Shown here: in pieces, positions 60,843 to 64,000 of the stretch
How positions within the stretch are numbered: the stretch's first letter is position 1
Layout: each line of letters opens with the position of its first letter
DNA from: Curvularia clavata
Taxonomy: Eukaryota
Assembly: GCA_023920165.1 (NCBI GenBank)
Contig: CP089277.1
Location: 2,542,001-2,606,000 of the forward strand
DNA length: 64,000 nucleotides
Reading direction: 5' to 3'
Program-made: the position numbers and the translations under genes
The notes under the pieces: model-generated
What the model saw: the letters and a program-made list of their open reading frames with translations, nothing else
Database searches by the model: none
What the model was told of the DNA's origin: nothing

Positions 60843-62032
60843 GCTTGAACGTCTCCGTCGACTGAATTGTAAAGATTGTAGTAGCTAGTTGGGTGAAGCG
60901 AACGTGGTACTCGTGGAGTAAAAAGGTAGTGGAGCACGAGGTGCAAGTGATATCGTACCATGAATGAGCCTAAATAAGTAAAGGTGAGCTAGGAACCATG
61001 ATTACACAAGCCAAACGGTGACCTAGGAGACCGCCAGAACCCCTGTCGCCTTACGGTGAACTCGGGGCGAGGCACGTGGCTCCGTGGGTCCTTACGGTTG
61101 TCGTTGGTTCAGTCTCCGTTGGCGTGATTGTGAAAGTATTGTTGGCTAGACACGAGCAAGCTCCTTCAGCTCACCATTCAGCTCACATGTCCGTCCTAGC
61201 TACAATAGCAGTCATTTTGACAGTCGGAGTGGCGAAAATGCCGTGCTATTTTGAGGGAGGGTTATTGTAGCAACAAACCATGTGGCGTGGGGGCCCTCTA
61301 GTCCGCAGCAAACAGAGTAGCCCACCTCGTAGAAATGCAGAGGCAAGTCTTGAAATGAGCGTGAAGTTAGGTCCCGATAACCGCAGCACTATGTGCGAAC
61401 ATGCCGCCGGTGTCTCAGTTGCTTGCGGTGAGTTGAAGAGTACCGTGCTGGAAATGATGAAGGAGAGTTAGCAAGGAGGAGGAGGGGAGGAAGGATGAAG
61501 AAGCTATTGTTCGACCAGTTGTTAGAGCAAAGGGATTACCTAAGCAATCTGTCCAGCAGGGGACCCTCAATGTGCTGGGATAAACTGCACTCATCAACTC
61601 TGACAGTACTCACTTTTCGACTCTTGAGGACACCAGACAGATACGAACCTGTCCAGATAGGCAGAGACTATCACGAGACTTGTCCTATTATGAGAAAATC
61701 TACACAAGTTGAGCGGTATTGATGTGGCGATACTATCCACCGATTTCGGCACACAAAGAGGGTGCCTGGTTGGGCAGCAGTGAGGCTATTTTTTGTGACG
61801 ACTGGGGCGAATTTGGCCAAACACTGTCACCTTGCAGAAGAAGCAATCAACAGAAACAGACAAACTCACAGCTAAATGATAGACATTTCACTAATGCCTC
61901 ACCTGGATCAACTACAAAATTTACTTTCTATCACCTTGTCTGCCTTTACGGCGCCATCTTGTCTACCCAGCGCCACCTGTCTATCTTTACAGCACCACCT
62001 TTTTCACCTTTACTTCACCACCCTGCCTCCCT

Positions 62033-62863
62033 TTACGGCAGCACATACCCACCATCAATAATGCAATCACTTCCTGTCATATAACTCGACGCGTCACTCG
62101 CCAGATACAAAAATAGACCCTTAATCTCCTTGACATTTCCCTGTCTTCCTAGTGGAATCATACGCAGACCCTCGTTGATCACCAGCGGACCCGCACCCAT
62201 CTTCGTATCAAAGAAACCCGGACTGACGACATTCACCCTTGCAAACTCCCTCCACTCACGAGCGAGCGATTTGCCCAAGTGCGATACAAAAGCCTTTGTG
62301 CCATTGTAAATGGGCTGGTCAACAGGAACATTGACAATGTGGGCTGAGATACTCGATGTGAGGATGAGGTTGCCGAAACCTTGCTTCTTGAAGACTTCGC
62401 CTGCATACTTGGCACAGTAGACGGGTCCGTCAACGTTGACACGCATGAGGTTGTGGTAGGATTCGAGGGTCTGGTCGAGCAAGGGCTTGCTGTCTCCTGT
62501 TCCGGCGTTGGCGACAAAGCAGTCGATGCGGCCAAAGTCCTCGACAACTTGCTTGACGGCTTGCTCTACGGCTGCGGCATCGATTTGGTTAACGCTGTAC
62601 GCTTTTGTCTTGACACCGTGCTCTTTTGCTAGGTTCTCGGCTCGCTGAATGGCCATGCTGTTCGAGTTGTACCACAGGGCTACGTTGCCTCCTGCTTCGG
62701 CCATGGCGTCGGCGACGGCACCTCCAATTCCCTCAGCAGCGCCTGTGATGACAATGGTTTTGCCTTTCATGCTGAATTGTTGCATGACATTTGTGGGTGT
62801 ATCCGGGACTGGCTTGGGAAAGCCGGCACGCGGCGTTTGGCATTCTTCTATCGACATAGACAT
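62033..62863 (-). CDS. Short-chain dehydrogenase/reductase (mannitol dehydrogenase / L-xylulose reductase-like), 276 aa
   Basis: Motifs are ITGAAEGIG, VANAG, SSISAHIVNVP, catalytic YNGTK, ARVNVVSPG and YLASDASSYMTGSD. Confidence 0.93.
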   Translation of the reverse strand: MSMSIEECQTPRAGFPKPVPDTPTNVMQQFSMKGKTIVITGAAEGIGGAVADAMAEAGGNVALWYNSNSMAIQRAENLAKEHGVKTKAYSVNQIDAAAVEQAVKQVVEDFGRIDCFVANAGTGDSKPLLDQTLESYHNLMRVNVDGPVYCAKYAGEVFKKQGFGNLILTSSISAHIVNVPVDQPIYNGTKAFVSHLGKSLAREWREFARVNVVSPGFFDTKMGAGPLVINEGLRMIPLGRQGNVKEIKGLFLYLASDASSYMTGSDCIIDGGYVLP

Positions 62864-63360
62864 CTTGGAGATGTTGCGAGATTTCAGGACCAGAATATAA
62901 CGTAAGATTGTTCAAAGGTAAAAATAGGAGAGTTCTCGATTGGTGTGTTGTGATGTCGAGAATCAAATCGGAAATTCAGGCTTTTATACATTCCTCGGAG
63001 CCGAGAGAGAATCCCATTCAGCAAGAGTACGGCGGATGATCTTTAACCCGTCATGGCAAATACTGGCAACGCCTGCGTCACGGGTTGGTGTTGCGGGGCA
63101 GATCTGGAGGACTGTCGTCCGGGGTTCTTGTTGATTCGCGGGCCGATTCCTATTCCAGGACTACCGCATGTAAGAATGACTCGGCTAACCTTCCACTTCC
63201 GTAAGCCCAGCGTGTGAGGAATATCATGGTGGATTCTAATACAACACAAATCTCCACCAGGGCGCATGAATTGGGGCAATTGGGGCAGAATGCCGCTTGA
63301 TTAAAGATGTAATGCTTGCTCAATGTACAAGAAAAGGATTCGGAAAACTTTCCAACACAT

Positions 63361-64000
63361 TTACTGATCCTTGCTCTTCTCCTTCTGCAGGGCTCCATTT
63401 TCACCGTTCATGCTTTCCCTCTCTGTTGTTTCCCCACTTGCATTCGCCTCGGATCCCTTACTTTCTTCATCTCTCTTCCTATCCTGAAGGATATCTGGTG
63501 CAGGTGCAAACTTGCTTCTAGCCCGAATCCTCTTTCCGTAGATGTAAAAGAAAATGGGCATCGGTACCAGGACCGCAGCTACACATCCAAGCAGTGTGCT
63601 TGCCCATTCGATGCCCATGCCCTCAAACATGAAGGTAGCAAACAAGGGAAACACACCACCAAACATGGAGCGCATGAAGGTGTTTCCAGCAATGGCGGAG
63701 GCGGCGAACATGAGGTAGGCGTCGACGATGTAGTTCAACAAGGAGAGGAAGATGGAGAAGATGCCAAAGCCAGTGAACAGACCGGAAAGGACGGGGACAA
63801 TCCAGTGGACCTTGCCGGTATAACCTGACCAGCCAAACCAAAAGAGGCCACCAGTAAAGAGAACACCACCAACCATGGCGATAGGTAAGCGCCACTCGGG
63901 AACGGGGATGTTATTGTTTGCCGCCAACTTTCTGGCATATCGGGGGTTGTCGCATACTACGACGATAAAGGCAATGATTTCACCGGTGACCATGCCAAAG
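63361..64000 (-). CDS. MFS DHA1 transporter (Tpo1/Flr1-like), 3' portion only; the gene runs off the window end
   Basis: Motifs are PEWRLP, GLFWFGWSG, VHWIVP, NYIVDAYLMFAASAIAGNTFMRS and YGKRIRARSKFAP. Confidence 0.9.
   Translation of the reverse strand, partial: FGMVTGEIIAFIVVVCDNPRYARKLAANNNIPVPEWRLPIAMVGGVLFTGGLFWFGWSGYTGKVHWIVPVLSGLFTGFGIFSIFLSLLNYIVDAYLMFAASAIAGNTFMRSMFGGVFPLFATFMFEGMGIEWASTLLGCVAAVLVPMPIFFYIYGKRIRARSKFAPAPDILQDRKRDEESKGSEANASGETTERESMNGENGALQKEKSKDQ

Noticed and set aside
49976..64000. Secondary-metabolite gene cluster (MFS pumps, NmrA-like, SDR)
   Set aside because: There is no backbone enzyme (PKS, NRPS, terpene synthase) or Zn2Cys6 regulator in the window, and unrelated genes are interspersed.
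1..64000. tRNA, rRNA, transposons/LTRs, CRISPR arrays, RIP-degraded AT-rich blocks
   Set aside because: By eye I saw no cloverleaf or T-loop context, no transposase or RT motifs, no terminal repeats and no repeat-spacer array. The only tandem repeats are coding repeats and microsatellites.

Overview
Gene-dense, intron-containing fungal genomic DNA (GT-AG introns of about 50 nt with CTRAC branch points). Gene content and style suggest a filamentous ascomycete, probably Dothideomycetes/Pleosporales (inference). I reconstructed about 19 protein-coding genes by hand, several split over multiple ORFs in the six-frame track. They are: an Inn1/Fic1-like C2 cytokinesis protein; a 398-aa protein whose C-terminus resembles the SPIDR/DUF4502 region; a ~2822-aa Pro/Glu/Ala-rich disordered protein; a sugar porter with a ~350-aa tail; divergent GUF1 and MAD2; a processive-type GT2; an aromatic-aldehyde-type ALDH; three drug:H+ MFS transporters; a ~3201-aa DUF6606/DUF3638/DUF3645-type protein with SF2 helicase-like motifs; two F-box-like-motif genes; an NmrA-like reductase; a PH-like/coiled-coil protein; an SDR; and a few hypotheticals. 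I found no tRNA, rRNA, transposon or CRISPR feature that I can support. The best leads are (1) a candidate fungal SPIDR-like recombination factor with an MCB-like promoter, (2) the giant uncharacterised SF2-like ATPase, and (3) the giant charge-polarised disordered protein with a long, possibly alternatively used intron. All family assignments come from motif recognition by eye; no searches were run.
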